A stretch of DNA of 64,000 nt from Azolla caroliniana (lineage: Eukaryota > Plantae > Polypodiophyta), in contig JBHGNT010000017.1 of the NCBI GenBank assembly GCA_043228905.1, positions 3,472,001 through 3,536,000 of the forward strand, given 5' to 3'. Positions 24,957 through 37,258 of the stretch are shown here, one piece after another. Every line of letters begins with the position of its first letter. Position 1 is the first letter of the stretch. Made by a program: the position numbers and the translations under genes. The notes beneath the pieces were generated by a model. The model had not been told where the DNA came from. It saw only the letters and a list, made by a program, of their open reading frames with translations, and did no database searches.

Positions 24957-27220
24957 ATGGAGGATGGCCGGCGTATTGGCTTCGCCATGGATTTCTCCGT
25001 CGGAAGCATCCATGCCCTTAAATGGGCTCTCCAACACATGGTGAAGCCTGGGGATAACCTCATCCTCGTCATCGTCAATAAGAAGCTCAACGAAGTCGGC
25101 GAGATGCATCTCTGGGAAGCATTCGGATCTCGTACGCTCATCTTTTCTCTGCTTTTCGCAACACACACACATGCACTCACACAGAGACAATTAGTTGAGA
25201 TGGCTGTGTCAATCTTTTGAAGACCCTGTAATTGTTAGTTTGATACACCAATGTGTCATGTAAGGTGAGAGGAGTGATGTATGATGCAAGAAATGTGTGA
25301 AAAATAGGTTTTCCAACCCTCTAGCTTGTCTTTATAGCCTAATAGCTTATGATGATAGAAAAAACAGAGAAAAATATTTATTTTTGGTCTTTAACCTACG
25401 GATCTTGAACCACAGCTTTCATTCGTCTTTCCGATTTCACTGCTCCGGGTGTTGCAACCAAGTATGGGGTTACCCAGGATCTTAGTACCATCTCTTTCTT
25501 GCAAGAAGAGGCCATACAGAAACAGGTAAATTCAGCATGTTGTAAATTTCCTTTCATAGACTGGACATCTTGAAGATAAAATAATGGTCCAGTAATGAGA
25601 TGAAACAGATGTATTAAGGCTTACTCGGAATATACTATGTTCTTTCCTATAGGCTGCTGTTCTTGTTAAGGTATATTGGGGTGATGCTAGGGAGAAGGTG
25701 TGTGATGCAACTTCTGAAATCCCATTGGATTGCTTGGTGATGGGGAGCAGGGGCTTAGGGACACTAAAGAGGTAACCTGCTTTGCAGATTGATATGAAGA
25801 TATGAAATGTGTCTAACATCTATAGCTTATTGTTGAGGCATTCATATGCCTAATTTTGGTGCAAATCCAATTCTTTGCCTCTCCGTTCATCTTTATGAAG
25901 TTAACAATTCCCTGCAAAAGAAAAGTTTTTACTGTGAGAGAGAGAGGCGTCATGATGATGATATCTTAATGTTCATAGGACTAACAATCATTACAAAGCA
26001 CTCTCTCTAGCCATGCAGGTGGGAGATTCTAGAACAGTCAAAGAGAAAAGAAAATTGAAAGATGAAATGAAAAACCATGCTTGTTTCTTGATTTCACTGT
26101 TTGGATCTTCCATAAATTTGTTTCCGTGATTGAGTAGATGATTCACAAATTTTCCTAGTGTTGTCATTGATGCATTTGCCCTGATTAGGACTTCGTGAAA
26201 TCTAGTACAAAATCTAGGTATTCTTGAAACTCATGTGTGATGTCTCTCATATACAAGGCAATCCAAAGAGACATATTCTTATGTTTTTAGCAACGTAGAA
26301 TACCTACTCTTGTGTTGCACAATGTTGATCTAACTCTCAGTTTGTATTTTCAAGGTGTATGAGCATATGTGCATCAGTGTGATTGCATGTTGTCTAGGTT
26401 GCGTTAAGATGGGTGTCCAGATCCGAGCTTGGGCACTGGGCTAGCGGCTCTTGTTAATTTTCTCAATATTGAGTGTTTATGTGTGAATTGCTGGTGTAGT
26501 CACTTCAATCACATAAAATATATGTTTTGATCATGAAAACATGAAAAGCAAAAAAGATTGTTTCAGTCTTGGGCCATTCTCCATTTTGTGAGGATAGCGT
26601 CGTATATGTCTGCTCTGTCTCTTCTTCTTCTACGTACAGTTTGAGTTATTCTTCAGTATCCCATATTGTTAATGGTTTACAGATGTCCTATACCCAGCCA
26701 ATTTAAAGAATTTGTTTTGTGTTTTTTGTGTGGTAAGCATAAAATTCCCATACAGCTTTGAGGAGGTGATTTTGAGGCATTGTTTTTACTCTCAATGTGT
26801 ACTGGTAAACTCTTTGAATGGTATACAAATCTATTGGTCTTCTTCCAGTTTCTAGCAGTATAGGGCACAGGGTTGTGCTCTTAACTCCAAAATGACGGTT
26901 TAGACATTTCTTTTGTCTTTTCTCTATTTCCATTAATGGGGGATTACATTTTCCCCCAAACAACATTGTCTGAAATTGGAGTTTCTACCATGCTTGCACA
27001 GAATAGTATTGCTCTAATATGCTGTTTTTGGTTTTTGTGTAAGTGGCACATGCTATTGTTGGGATCTGGAGGGGAAAAGAGAGAGGTATGTGTTTGTGAG
27101 AGAGTCTGAACTTTCTTTACTTTCAGGGTAGTGCTGGGTAGTGTGAGCAACTACGTTGTGAACAATGCTCCTTGTCCCGTGACGGTTGTGAAGTTGCCAA
27201 CAGATACTAGCACTAGCTAG
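24957..27220 (+). CDS. Universal stress protein A-like (USP), 165 aa; join(24957..25131,25416..25525,25653..25771,27127..27220)
   Basis: Four GT-AG exons total 498 nt in frame: [20 protein letters not shown]...[11 protein letters not shown]...[35 protein letters not shown], with the USP G-2X-G-9X-GS ATP-binding motif. Confidence 0.96.
26400..27000 (-). mobile_element. Degenerate non-LTR retrotransposon 3' fragment in USP intron 3
   Basis: Peptide [61 protein letters not shown] resembles the post-RT thumb region of non-L1 LINEs. Boundaries are approximate. Confidence 0.5.
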
Positions 27221-28944
27221 AGATTCAATATAATCCTGTTTTTAAGGTATGTGGATATAATGGCATGATAATCAATTCAATTTTTACTGTGGATTTGTGA
27301 AGGGATTTCCATTTTCATTCATTAATGTTGGCGAAGGTCTAAAAATTTTGCGAAAAGTTTGAACAATAACTTGATCTATTATGTAGATGGCTCCTGAAAC
27401 ATGCTTAAAATAATGGTCATGATGCATTTTAAACCATGACTTGTTTGGCTCTAACCTATATGTGGCTTGGATACCTTGTTGATTGACAATGTGGTGGTTG
27501 ACTACATTCACTGCCTGGCAATGATAAACTTTAAAGAAGTAAATGGAAGTAATGCTGTTGTTTTATTTTAACATTAGGTAGAGCTGTTCCTAATGATTGA
27601 CATTTCTTTTAGGGGCCTAAAGATGAAATGGCATTTGTCGGGCTTATATGTAAAGATGCTGACACTTGGTTCAAATAATCTATTCAGTGAGTTTTGCTTC
27701 ACAAGAACCTTGTGGGTTATTGGATGTAAACATTGTGTTTTACTAATATTTTGACAGCTTTGTTGCTTGTACTGTCAAATGTCAAATGAGCATTCAAAGA
27801 AACACTGTATCTTTATCTCTTACATGTTCAGAGTATTCAGAGTTTGCACTTCGTAATACACTTGGTTTGTATCAGTTATTCGATTTGAATTGTCAGTTGC
27901 AACTGTTAAATTTTAAAACATAATACTCTAGTTCAATATTCAATGTGATGAAACCATGAATGTTACCACGGTGACTAGAGCCAGGGTAAATCATGATAAA
28001 ATAGAATGAGCTGAATGGAGTTCAGTTTCCTTAGTGAAGCATAGTTAGGATGGTGTAAATGTGAAGGAAGGGACACATTATTATTAATAATCATAATTGG
28101 CTGACCTTGGTAACATGGTGAAGTTACATTTGAAGTAGACCAAATAACCCTCTCAACAATGCTAGGTGCACCTTGATCATTCTTCTTTTGGGAGGGCCAC
28201 TCCTTGTTTAACTCTCATTCTCTTTATCCACACAGATTCAATTGTTTATCTGTTCACTTCCATACAATGTTGTGCTGTAATTATGCTTACAGAACTTAAT
28301 TGTAAAGAGTACGCGTGAACTTCGGTTTCTTTAATATAAAGGTAACATTAGTGAGCACAATTATTATGGAAACAGAATGGTGGTTATGAAATAAGGGTGG
28401 TGCTCATTGAGATTTATGTTTATAACAACTGTGCGTACAAACTCAATTGTAAAGGTTGTGTATGATGGGGAAATGAACCGATCTTGAATTTTTGTACACA
28501 TTTTAACATTGAACATAACCCTGACAGATGACGGTGGGTATTGCAACACAATCCGAAGTGATACTGTAGTAGATCAGTAATAATGCTCATGATTTGTGAA
28601 ATTCATGTTGGCGGATGGGGTACCTTTGTATAACTAGAAAACGACCGGGCATGATAAAAAAGGCACTAAATCGCTTGCATTATGGAAATCATTCTTGCAC
28701 ATTTCAAGATATAATTTCTTATCCTTTAACAAAATAGTCCTATAATCTCTTATTTATGCAAGATAAAGAAACAAAGTAGCCATTTATATAGTAGTACTCA
28801 AATGCCTCTATGCACGATTATTGAGTATCAACATTATGCAACATATGCAACCGTAGTTTGGAACATGAAGGTGACACTGTTAATCAGATGCCATTAATCA
28901 ACAGTAACAACACACGCACAATAGGAGAGCATTGAATTTACAAT

Positions 28945-29098
28945 ATTTGCTATGTATAATATATGCATATGTATATGTTTGTGTTGTATGTGTATACATA
29001 CACATACACATACATGTATACATACACATACACATACATGTATACATATACATGTACATATACATATACATGCACATAGTGTGCGCAATTGAGCCCCA

Positions 29099-29130
<32 letters not shown>

Positions 29131-29136
29131 GCGCGC
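28945..29136. repeat. Compound (TA/CA/TG) microsatellite
   Basis: TACACA/TACATA hexamer-like repeats followed by (AC)n. Confidence 0.9.
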
Positions 29137-29597
29137 AATAATGAGGCACAAATGGAATAGTTTCCAATTGGCGAACCGAAGGATAGACAGATGTAGGTCT
29201 GGTCCAGAATAGATGTATGGTGTTTAAAAATTTCACTACATACCACATCACCTTATTTTCCACTGTCAATATGTTTATGAGTACTTAATAAGTATTGACT
29301 GTATGATGTTCCTAGTGTTATTTGAGATTGTTCAAGAACAGAACAATAGCTCGTTTCAGCTCATGATGTCATACACAGCTTCTACCATGATGACCTACTA
29401 CAACAGAGAACACGACAATCACACACTCTCCAGTAAGAAAAGATTTCCACGAGGTCCAAGATTGCTCATTCATCTGTCCCATCTGATGTTTTATCTGGGT
29501 ATGGAAGAAAGAGGCTGCAGAATTATGAACATTGTGTGGGATTCTGACCAGAAAGGGCTTATTTTCCTTCATAGAAGCCATCATTGGCATCCAGATT

Positions 29598-32528
29598 ATG
29601 TATAGAAATGAGAAAGGACCTCGGATGACACATCTATGTATGCATGTATGGGTTAGATGCACATACATGATGGAAAGAGGCTGCAGAAGTATGAGTGTAA
29701 TGTCAGAATCGGATCCAAAATGCATGTTTTCCTCCATACAAGACGTTATCAGCATATTGATCATGTGCAGAAATGAGAAAGTGCTGTGGAAATCTCTCCG
29801 ATTGCATACCTATATATGCACCAATGGTTTAGAAACCCATCCATCAGTGGGTAAGTACCTTATATCACTATTTGTTGAACTTGATAAAATATGGTATGCA
29901 CACCAAGCTTTTCAAAGGCTTCTTTATGTTGATGAGAGTTCATGGAATGCTCTTATCTATGGTTTTATAAATCATGGCTATCCCATCCAAGCCCTTAGCT
30001 TGTATCAAAAAATGAAGGAGAATTATCATGTACATTATCCTTGTGGGTATACTTTTGTGGCCTTATTGAAAGCTTGCATTTCGCTTCAAGATATAGAAAA
30101 AGGGTCTCAAATTCATGCAGATATTGCTAGAATTGGGTTATTTGAAGAGGATATTTTCATTGGTACTACACTTGTTGATATGTATGCAAAGTTTGGTTTC
30201 CTTGAAAAAGCTCAAGATGTGTTTTATAGTCTCAGTATACAAACCATAGTCTCATGGAATGCATTAATTTCTGGATGTGTCGAGCATGGCCGAAGTGAAG
30301 AAGCACTTCAGTTGTTTGAGCAAATGCAAGAAAGGGGAATCTCACCAGATGCCATCACACTTGTTTGCACTTTGAAAGCTTGTAGAAGTAATATTGGAGC
30401 TTTCATTAGGGGGAAAAGAATACATGCCGAGATAACAAGGAAGGGTTTCTTGGAAGGAAATATCTTTATCTCAACCGCTTTGATTGATATGTATGCTAAA
30501 TGTGGCAATTCCCTCAAGGAAGCACAATATGTGTTTAATAAGATTCCTATTCAGAATGAAGTCTCGTGGACTGCCCTTATTGCAGGCTATACTGACCATG
30601 GATATGGCAATGAAGCTCTTCACTACTTCAAAATGATGCAAAATGGGGGTTTTTTTCCTCATATTTCTACCTTCATTAGCATCATGAAAGCATGTAGCTG
30701 CATTGGAAGCTCTGTTGATGGGCAGGAAGTACATGCTGAAATTACAAAAAGAGGAATAGCTGGAGGGATCTTGGTTGATAATTCATTGATTGATATGTAT
30801 AGTAAATGTGGCCTGCTTATTGAAGCAGAATATGTCTTTGATAAGCTTTCTTCCCCAACAGTAGTCTCGTGGACTGTCCTTATATCCGGATACAGTGAGC
30901 ATGGGTTTGACCAGGAAGTGATGGAATGTCTTCAGAAGATGCAACAAGGAGGCATAACTCTTGATTCTACTGCATTTGTTTGTTGCCTTAAAGCTTGCAC
31001 TAACCTACAAATGCTAGTTGTAGGACAGACATTGCACGCTGAGATTGTGGGCCGGGGTTTGTCAGAAACTGATAGCATCACTTCTCTAGTACAAATGTAT
31101 GCCAGATCTGGATTACTTATAGAAGCTCGTGCATTGTTTGATAATTTCCGAGACCAGACAGTTATCTTGTGGAATGTACTGATTGCAGGGTATGTTGAAT
31201 CTGCACATGCTAGTGAAGCTCTCGCTTGTTTTGCAGCGATGCAATATCAAGGTTTCTTGCCAGATGATATCACTTTTCTTTATACTTTGAATGTTTGCGG
31301 CAGTATACAATACAAGATTAAAGGTCAAGAATTACATACTGACATTTTCAAGAGAGGGTTGGATCGAGAACTTGTAATAGGGAACGCCTTGGTAAGTATG
31401 TATGCTGGTTGTGGATGCCTTCTTGAAGCAATTGGTATACTTAAAAAGCTTCCTATGAAGACAGCAGTCTCTTGGACTGCATTGATTGCAGCACAGGTGG
31501 AATGTGGTTATTGTGAAGACGCACTTCATTCATATGATCAAATCCGATATGAAACAAATTTGTTAAATTCTGTAATATGGATTTGCAGCTTGAAAGCATG
31601 CACTACTATTGCAACCATTGACAAAAGCCGGGAAATACATGGCGATATCATCAAAAGAGGTGTACCCGCAAATGATCCTTCCATACGTAGCACATTGGTC
31701 ACGAGTTATGTTAAGCAGGGCTTGCTTGTTGATGCATATAAACTGCTTGATGGAGTTATTGCACAAGATCATGTATCATGGACCGCAATAATCAAAGGAT
31801 ACATAGACAATGGATGTTATGAAGATGCAATTAGGTGTTTCCGACATATGAAGCGTGAAGGTATACCCATTGATGCTATCACATTTGTGTGCGGTTTGTC
31901 TGCTTGTGGAAGCATATGCACATCAGGCGCTGGCTTAAAAATGCATTCTGACATTGTTAAGATGGGGTTTGAAAGAGAACTTGCAGTTGGGAACTCTTTG
32001 GTTGATATGTATGCTAAATGTGGCTTGCCAAAAGAAGCAACGCAAGCTTTCAACCAACTTGTTTTTAAAGATGTAGTCTCGTGGAATGCTGTAATCACAT
32101 GCTATTCTCAACTTGGTGACTGTGTAAACGCTTTTGTTACATTTGAAAACATGATAAGAGAAGCTGTACACCCTGATTCGTTTACTTTTTTCAGTGTTCT
32201 AAATGTATGCAATCATGCAGGCCTTCCAGAGGATGGCTATATGTTCTTCATTTCTATAAATAGCAATCATATCCTCAACCCCACTCCGGAGCATTACACT
32301 TGCATAGTTGATTTACTTTTGCGTGCAGGACGAGTAAGTGAAGCAATTAGAGTGATTGAAAATATGCCAAAGCATCCATGCCTACCTATGTGGCATGCTA
32401 CATTGGGTGCATGTGAGAAGTCTGGAAATGCTGCACTAGGAAGAGAAGCTTTCAAACATACAATAGAGTTGAATGACACAGACTCTATGGCATATGTTGC
32501 AATGTCTAACACATTTGTTGTCAGATAG
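29598..32528 (+). CDS. PLS-E class PPR protein (intronless, ~976 aa from first ATG, no DYW domain)
   Basis: Long ORF with repeated LVDMYAKCG / VVSWNALI / PDAITFV triplets, ending EHYTCIVDLLLRAG...MWHATLGAC...AYVAMSN (E domain) then stop. The ORF-track start at 29532 is TTG; the true ATG is uncertain (29598 or later). Confidence 0.95.
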   Translation: MYRNEKGPRMTHLCMHVWVRCTYMMERGCRSMSVMSESDPKCMFSSIQDVISILIMCRNEKVLWKSLRLHTYICTNGLETHPSVGKYLISLFVELDKIWYAHQAFQRLLYVDESSWNALIYGFINHGYPIQALSLYQKMKENYHVHYPCGYTFVALLKACISLQDIEKGSQIHADIARIGLFEEDIFIGTTLVDMYAKFGFLEKAQDVFYSLSIQTIVSWNALISGCVEHGRSEEALQLFEQMQERGISPDAITLVCTLKACRSNIGAFIRGKRIHAEITRKGFLEGNIFISTALIDMYAKCGNSLKEAQYVFNKIPIQNEVSWTALIAGYTDHGYGNEALHYFKMMQNGGFFPHISTFISIMKACSCIGSSVDGQEVHAEITKRGIAGGILVDNSLIDMYSKCGLLIEAEYVFDKLSSPTVVSWTVLISGYSEHGFDQEVMECLQKMQQGGITLDSTAFVCCLKACTNLQMLVVGQTLHAEIVGRGLSETDSITSLVQMYARSGLLIEARALFDNFRDQTVILWNVLIAGYVESAHASEALACFAAMQYQGFLPDDITFLYTLNVCGSIQYKIKGQELHTDIFKRGLDRELVIGNALVSMYAGCGCLLEAIGILKKLPMKTAVSWTALIAAQVECGYCEDALHSYDQIRYETNLLNSVIWICSLKACTTIATIDKSREIHGDIIKRGVPANDPSIRSTLVTSYVKQGLLVDAYKLLDGVIAQDHVSWTAIIKGYIDNGCYEDAIRCFRHMKREGIPIDAITFVCGLSACGSICTSGAGLKMHSDIVKMGFERELAVGNSLVDMYAKCGLPKEATQAFNQLVFKDVVSWNAVITCYSQLGDCVNAFVTFENMIREAVHPDSFTFFSVLNVCNHAGLPEDGYMFFISINSNHILNPTPEHYTCIVDLLLRAGRVSEAIRVIENMPKHPCLPMWHATLGACEKSGNAALGREAFKHTIELNDTDSMAYVAMSNTFVVR

Positions 32529-33425
32529 TCAATAATAGTTGAAAATAAAAATCCAATGCAAAAGGGAGAATGCATGTTTCTCGATGCCTCTTTGCAAAGC
32601 TATTGCTAGCTCATTTTGCTTGTCAAAACACATAATAAAACACACTGCAAATAAATTTTTTTGCCAAATGAAATTGCTTTTGGCTTGTCAAAAACATTCA
32701 AGTCAGGTTTAAGTTTTAATGTATTCACAAGCAAAACATTCTGTCATATGAATTTTCTGCATGATAAAAAACATCAATAAAAACATTGAACTGAGATTTA
32801 GGTTTTATCTCCAATCCTATACATATTTTCATGTGTGGGATGGGCTTCCATATTTTCTAATGACAAAAACCCATGAACTTAGGACAGCCTCCCAAATGTC
32901 CGAATTAATCTTTGTTTACTTAATTGAGCATTTTTATTATCTCCACAAATGCTGCTGCTAGCCAATTTCCAGGAACAGAGAGACTTAATAACAAATCAAT
33001 GATGAGTTTCTCCATGTTCAAGTTGATATAAATCCCAAAAGATATTTAATCTAAAGTGACCAGAAAAAACACAACAGGTGTGAGTGAGAATATAGAAACT
33101 TGGTGAGAGCATTTAATGAGGCTTAACAGCACAAAATATGCAGAGATTTGGGTCAATCTGGTATAAAAACAGTTTTATTTGTTTCATCCATCAAGTTTTC
33201 GTTTTGTAAGAAATGGCAAGTCCATGACTCTTTCAAACGCTTCTTCTTATATCTACCATATCCATTGATACATTGGAATTTGAAAAAAAATGATGAAAAA
33301 ATAGTCATCTCATGTGGTTTCATCAAGTTTTTTTCCTTCACATTGAATGTTTTCCCAAAAACTGATCTTCTGCATGAAACCTTGGTATTCATATGATCTA
33401 AGAAGAAACTAGAATACACGATTAT

Positions 33426-34014
33426 TCAATACAGACTTTTCAGGGACTGAACTCGATCCGACTTGAGTTGAGATTTTTGCGACTTTGCCTGTTGCTTCTC
33501 ATTCATAGACAAAGCTTTCTCAATAGCTTTCTCTTTCCGAAGCCTTTGCAACCTCCTTTCTTGACCACGTTTCTTCTTCACACCACTGAAAATGCAGAGA
33601 GTATTATATCAGTTCATCTCACATTCCTCAGTTTATCTATAAAAAAAGGTCGAATTTTCGTTTCTAAGAAAGGTAGCAATAGAAAACCTCTGATTGATTG
33701 GGATTCTGTTTATGGATAATTTTGGGGCTTCAGAGGTATCCATTTCTGTGAGCAAAGAAAAAGGAACCACGTATCCGAGGTGAGAATCGATCAAAACGAT
33801 GCGATAATTTTTCCTTTAGCGACTGACACAAGACAAACAAGAAAACAAAAAAAAAACAGAGGAAACAAGCGTGAGCACCTTCAGGTTGGAGCTCGTCCTC
33901 CGAGGTATGGTGAAGAAGGCCATCACCACAATCAACAAGCATAGATTTCGGCGCGTTCTTCTTCTTGTCCTTCTTCTTCTCCAGAAGCTTGAGCTTGAAC
34001 TTGCCTTTAGCCAT
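33426..34014 (-). CDS. Small basic Lys-rich protein, 117 aa, uncharacterised; join(34014..33879,33745..33688,33585..33426)
   Basis: Three GT-AG exons (136+58+160=354 nt) give an open frame MAKGKFKLK...QPEEMDTSEAPK...RLRKEKAIEKALSMNEKQQAKSQKSQLKSDRVQSLKSLY*, with a telo-box upstream. Confidence 0.8.
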
Positions 34015-34071
34015 GGCTGCAGACCGTCTCTGACAAAGCTTTGTCTTTCTGCGTTTTTTCTGTGTGTTCGG

Positions 34072-34080
34072 TTAGGGTTT
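34072..34080 (-). promoter_or_regulatory. Telo-box (AAACCCTAA on minus strand)
   Basis: 58 nt upstream of ATG 34014, same geometry as for mS34. Confidence 0.6.
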
Positions 34081-34179
34081 TCCGAGCTTTTCTGGGAACC
34101 CTCTGTTTTTAATTATGATTGATTGGAGAAGGTATTATTTTGTGTCTTCATTTTCCTTCATGGACGACCCTAAGAACTA

Positions 34180-34240
34180 TATACTATATAGTATAGACTA
34201 TAGACTATATAGTCTATAGTCTATAGACTCTATACTATAT
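34180..34240. repeat. Nested TATAG/CTATA palindromes (34-bp perfect palindrome at 34192-34225)
   Basis: TATAGACTATAGACTAT|ATAGTCTATAGTCTATA is its own reverse complement. Confidence 0.9.
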
Positions 34241-34309
34241 GTATACATACAAGAGAGTTAGTTGTGTGTGAAATTAGGGCTAATGTTTTAGAGATCTCTA
34301 GATATGGCC

Positions 34310-34533
34310 TCCATAACATGGCGAGGCGGACAACAGTAGCACCAACTAATTAGAGCCTGTAAATATGTATCATTCATACATTACGTACATTGGGTCCAGG
34401 TCAGGCTGCCCGATGATCGATCCATAACATGGCCAGGCAAAGAGTAGCACCAACTGATTAGAGTCTGTAATATGTATCATCATTCATACATTACGTCGAT
34501 TTGGTCCAGGTCAAGCTTGCCCGATGACCGATC
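34310..34533. repeat. ~111-bp tandem duplication (2 copies)
   Basis: TCCATAACATGGC... at 34310 and 34421. Confidence 0.9.
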
Positions 34534-37258
34534 GGGTGTCGACGGCCAAATCTGCAAGAGCCCACGTGATGGAACCTTGCTCTGGCCTCTCTTTTTGCAA
34601 GGGATCAAATCAAATCCCAAGACACGGTTTAGGCTGCCTTTTCCTAATCAACGATGAGGATTAATGACTTCCCAAGGAACATACGAATAGGTCAAAGGCA
34701 GTTGTGCCCGAAAGAATACTCAACCGCCCCCAAGCTTTCGCATGTGTCGTCTCTCTTTGCTGCCTTCAAATCATTGTTGTTTGCGTTCATTCGAGTATGG
34801 GACTCCGTTACCACCATTTTTGAAATGCGCCTCTCCTTGCCTTTAAAACTAATTTTCCACAACCATTATATATACCCTGCGGAGCTAAATCTTCGCCTAA
34901 ATTTGTTATTTTCTTCGTGCTCAACGATAGAAATCCACTTTCTCTATTTGATTTCCTATCTTGCCTTACAAATGCAATTATGTTAGGAGCATTTCTATCG
35001 CATGTGGATGTTTGCTTTTGGTTGAGAGGGATACCTGACATTTGGCCATTCCATTTTTGCTCTCTCCTTTGGCTTCTATACTAATAGTGTTCGCACATTA
35101 CATGTAATGCCCTTCTTTTTTCTATTATCGCTATTGTATGTATTTTGATTACATGCCACATGCAATGTCCTTGGTTTTACAAATCTAAACAATTATGAGG
35201 CTTTCAACTTCTAGGAAAATCAAAAGAAAGGTCCCTCCATAACTGTGTTGGAATGATGTTGTGACAATAGTGGGTTGTCTCCACTATGGATGCTAGTAAG
35301 GATATTCTCTTTATTTCTCAATTCATCAGTATCGTTCTTCATTGGTTAGTCTTAACAAAAAGGTCAAATGAAAAAAAATTCAAACAACCCTATACAAATG
35401 ATTTAGCAACATGAAAGTTGGGGTAAGATTCTTGGTGTGATTATATATATAGTCATTGAATAGATTTGGTTCGAAGTTTGATGCTCATATGCTTTTGCAT
35501 CTAGCAAGATATTGACAACTCCACAATTAATAACAAAACAAACTTGTTCTACTAAGGGAAGCTAACATTTTCAAAAACGTTTTGTAAGTTTCCCTATAGG
35601 TAGAATCATAATATCAAATTGTTCCCTCTACCTAGCTTCCTTTTAAACCTTAGGTCAACTTCTACTCCAAAGAGAGAAGAAAACCAACATGTGTAAGATA
35701 AGATCCTTTCAGGTTTTAAGTATGAGTTGCAACTTGAGACTTAGGAACCTAGGTGCAAATGTAATACGAGTTCCGACTCAAACACAACACCATAACATAC
35801 AGATTTGTGAGGGGAGGTATAGGTCATTTGCATGGAAACAAGTATTCTCCTATCAATGATTGATTATAACTACCTTGAAGAAAATAGTGACATCGCCATA
35901 TTCCATGTCGCAGCTCACTCCCAAACAATCATCGATGTGGTTCGAAAAAACATTGACCAAAGTCCAATAACCCTTAATGAATGGATTCTTTGTTATGGCA
36001 ATCACATTCTCAAAGTAGAATCATTCATTGAATTCTGATGCTCATCAATCAGTGGCTCATGTATTCTTATGTAGCAAACTCCATTGCTGATATATTGAAT
36101 CTGGGCACCAGCCTCAATTACTGAAAGGTACAAGATAGATGTTCAAACCATAGATTAGCACTTAATATTGTGTCGGTGCTGGAAAGCATCAATTTGGCAG
36201 AGCAATTTGTGTGCACATATTGTTCCCATATAATCAAAATTGGATGTACCTTCTACGTTTACATTATCTAAAAAAGGGAGGATCTTTGAGTTCCCAAACC
36301 AGCACATGAAGACCAAAGCATTGGGAAGAAAGTTAAAATCTCAAGAAGATTTTTGAACCCTACTTTTCTGCCTGGGTTAGGTTCACAATGACCCGAAAAT
36401 ACACCTAACCTCTCAGTCAATTTACATGTGGCACATGATGATTACATCAACTCCTCTATGACAGGAGTTAGCTCACAGTATCCAAATTTGGGAAAAAGTA
36501 TCATTATCTGTAATTAATCGTGTGTATATATAGGTATCTATATTCAAATATGATAGCATATGAAAGGGAAACCTATCCATACATTGTGACGATAGTAGTG
36601 CTCATGACATAGGCTGATAATTTGAAATATTTTACAAATATTTTGTTTGGTTTCAGGTTCGAATTAGTTCTCCAATTCTACTTTGGTAGGGAATAAATTG
36701 GAGTTTCAAACTCATACAGTCCAATGTAACTTTGGTTTTACCTATAACTAAAACTATATAGCTAACCGCTCTAAAAAAGAGTGGAAGATAAAGATGATGC
36801 ATAAGAGGATGGTGATGTAAGATAGAAGCATTGTTGGTTTGCACTCTCTACTTGATCTTCTCTCTTTTTGGGTTATTTATTTGCCGGATGAGCTTCCTTT
36901 CGATTGTCAACCTAAAATTTTTCATGTCTATTGGTCAATGTCCACAACCAATCAAAGATGTCCCTTTTTTTTATAAGGCTTAACTTTTGAGTTTCAAGTT
37001 TGGTTTGCTCTGTATATGCTTTATTTCTTTTGTTTGGATTGATATACACACACATGTAAACGTACTAAATCACTCACAAAAGCCCAAATCTTTACAGTAA
37101 ACATACTGACAATAAATGCATATGGACTTATATGAACATACACGTGAATACATATGCCAACCTAAGAAAGATAAAACCAAAAAACATGGGTTGGGATAGA
37201 TAGGGTTTGGCTAATCATGTGGGACCTTGCAAAGACCCTTGTTACGCTTCCATATCCT

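Noticed and set aside
28894-29269. Cys/Val/Tyr/His-repeat ORFs
   Set aside because: Microsatellite translations.
32400-32760. DYW deaminase domain after the second PPR
   Set aside because: The ORF stops within the E region, and I see no HSE/CxxCH/DYW motif downstream.
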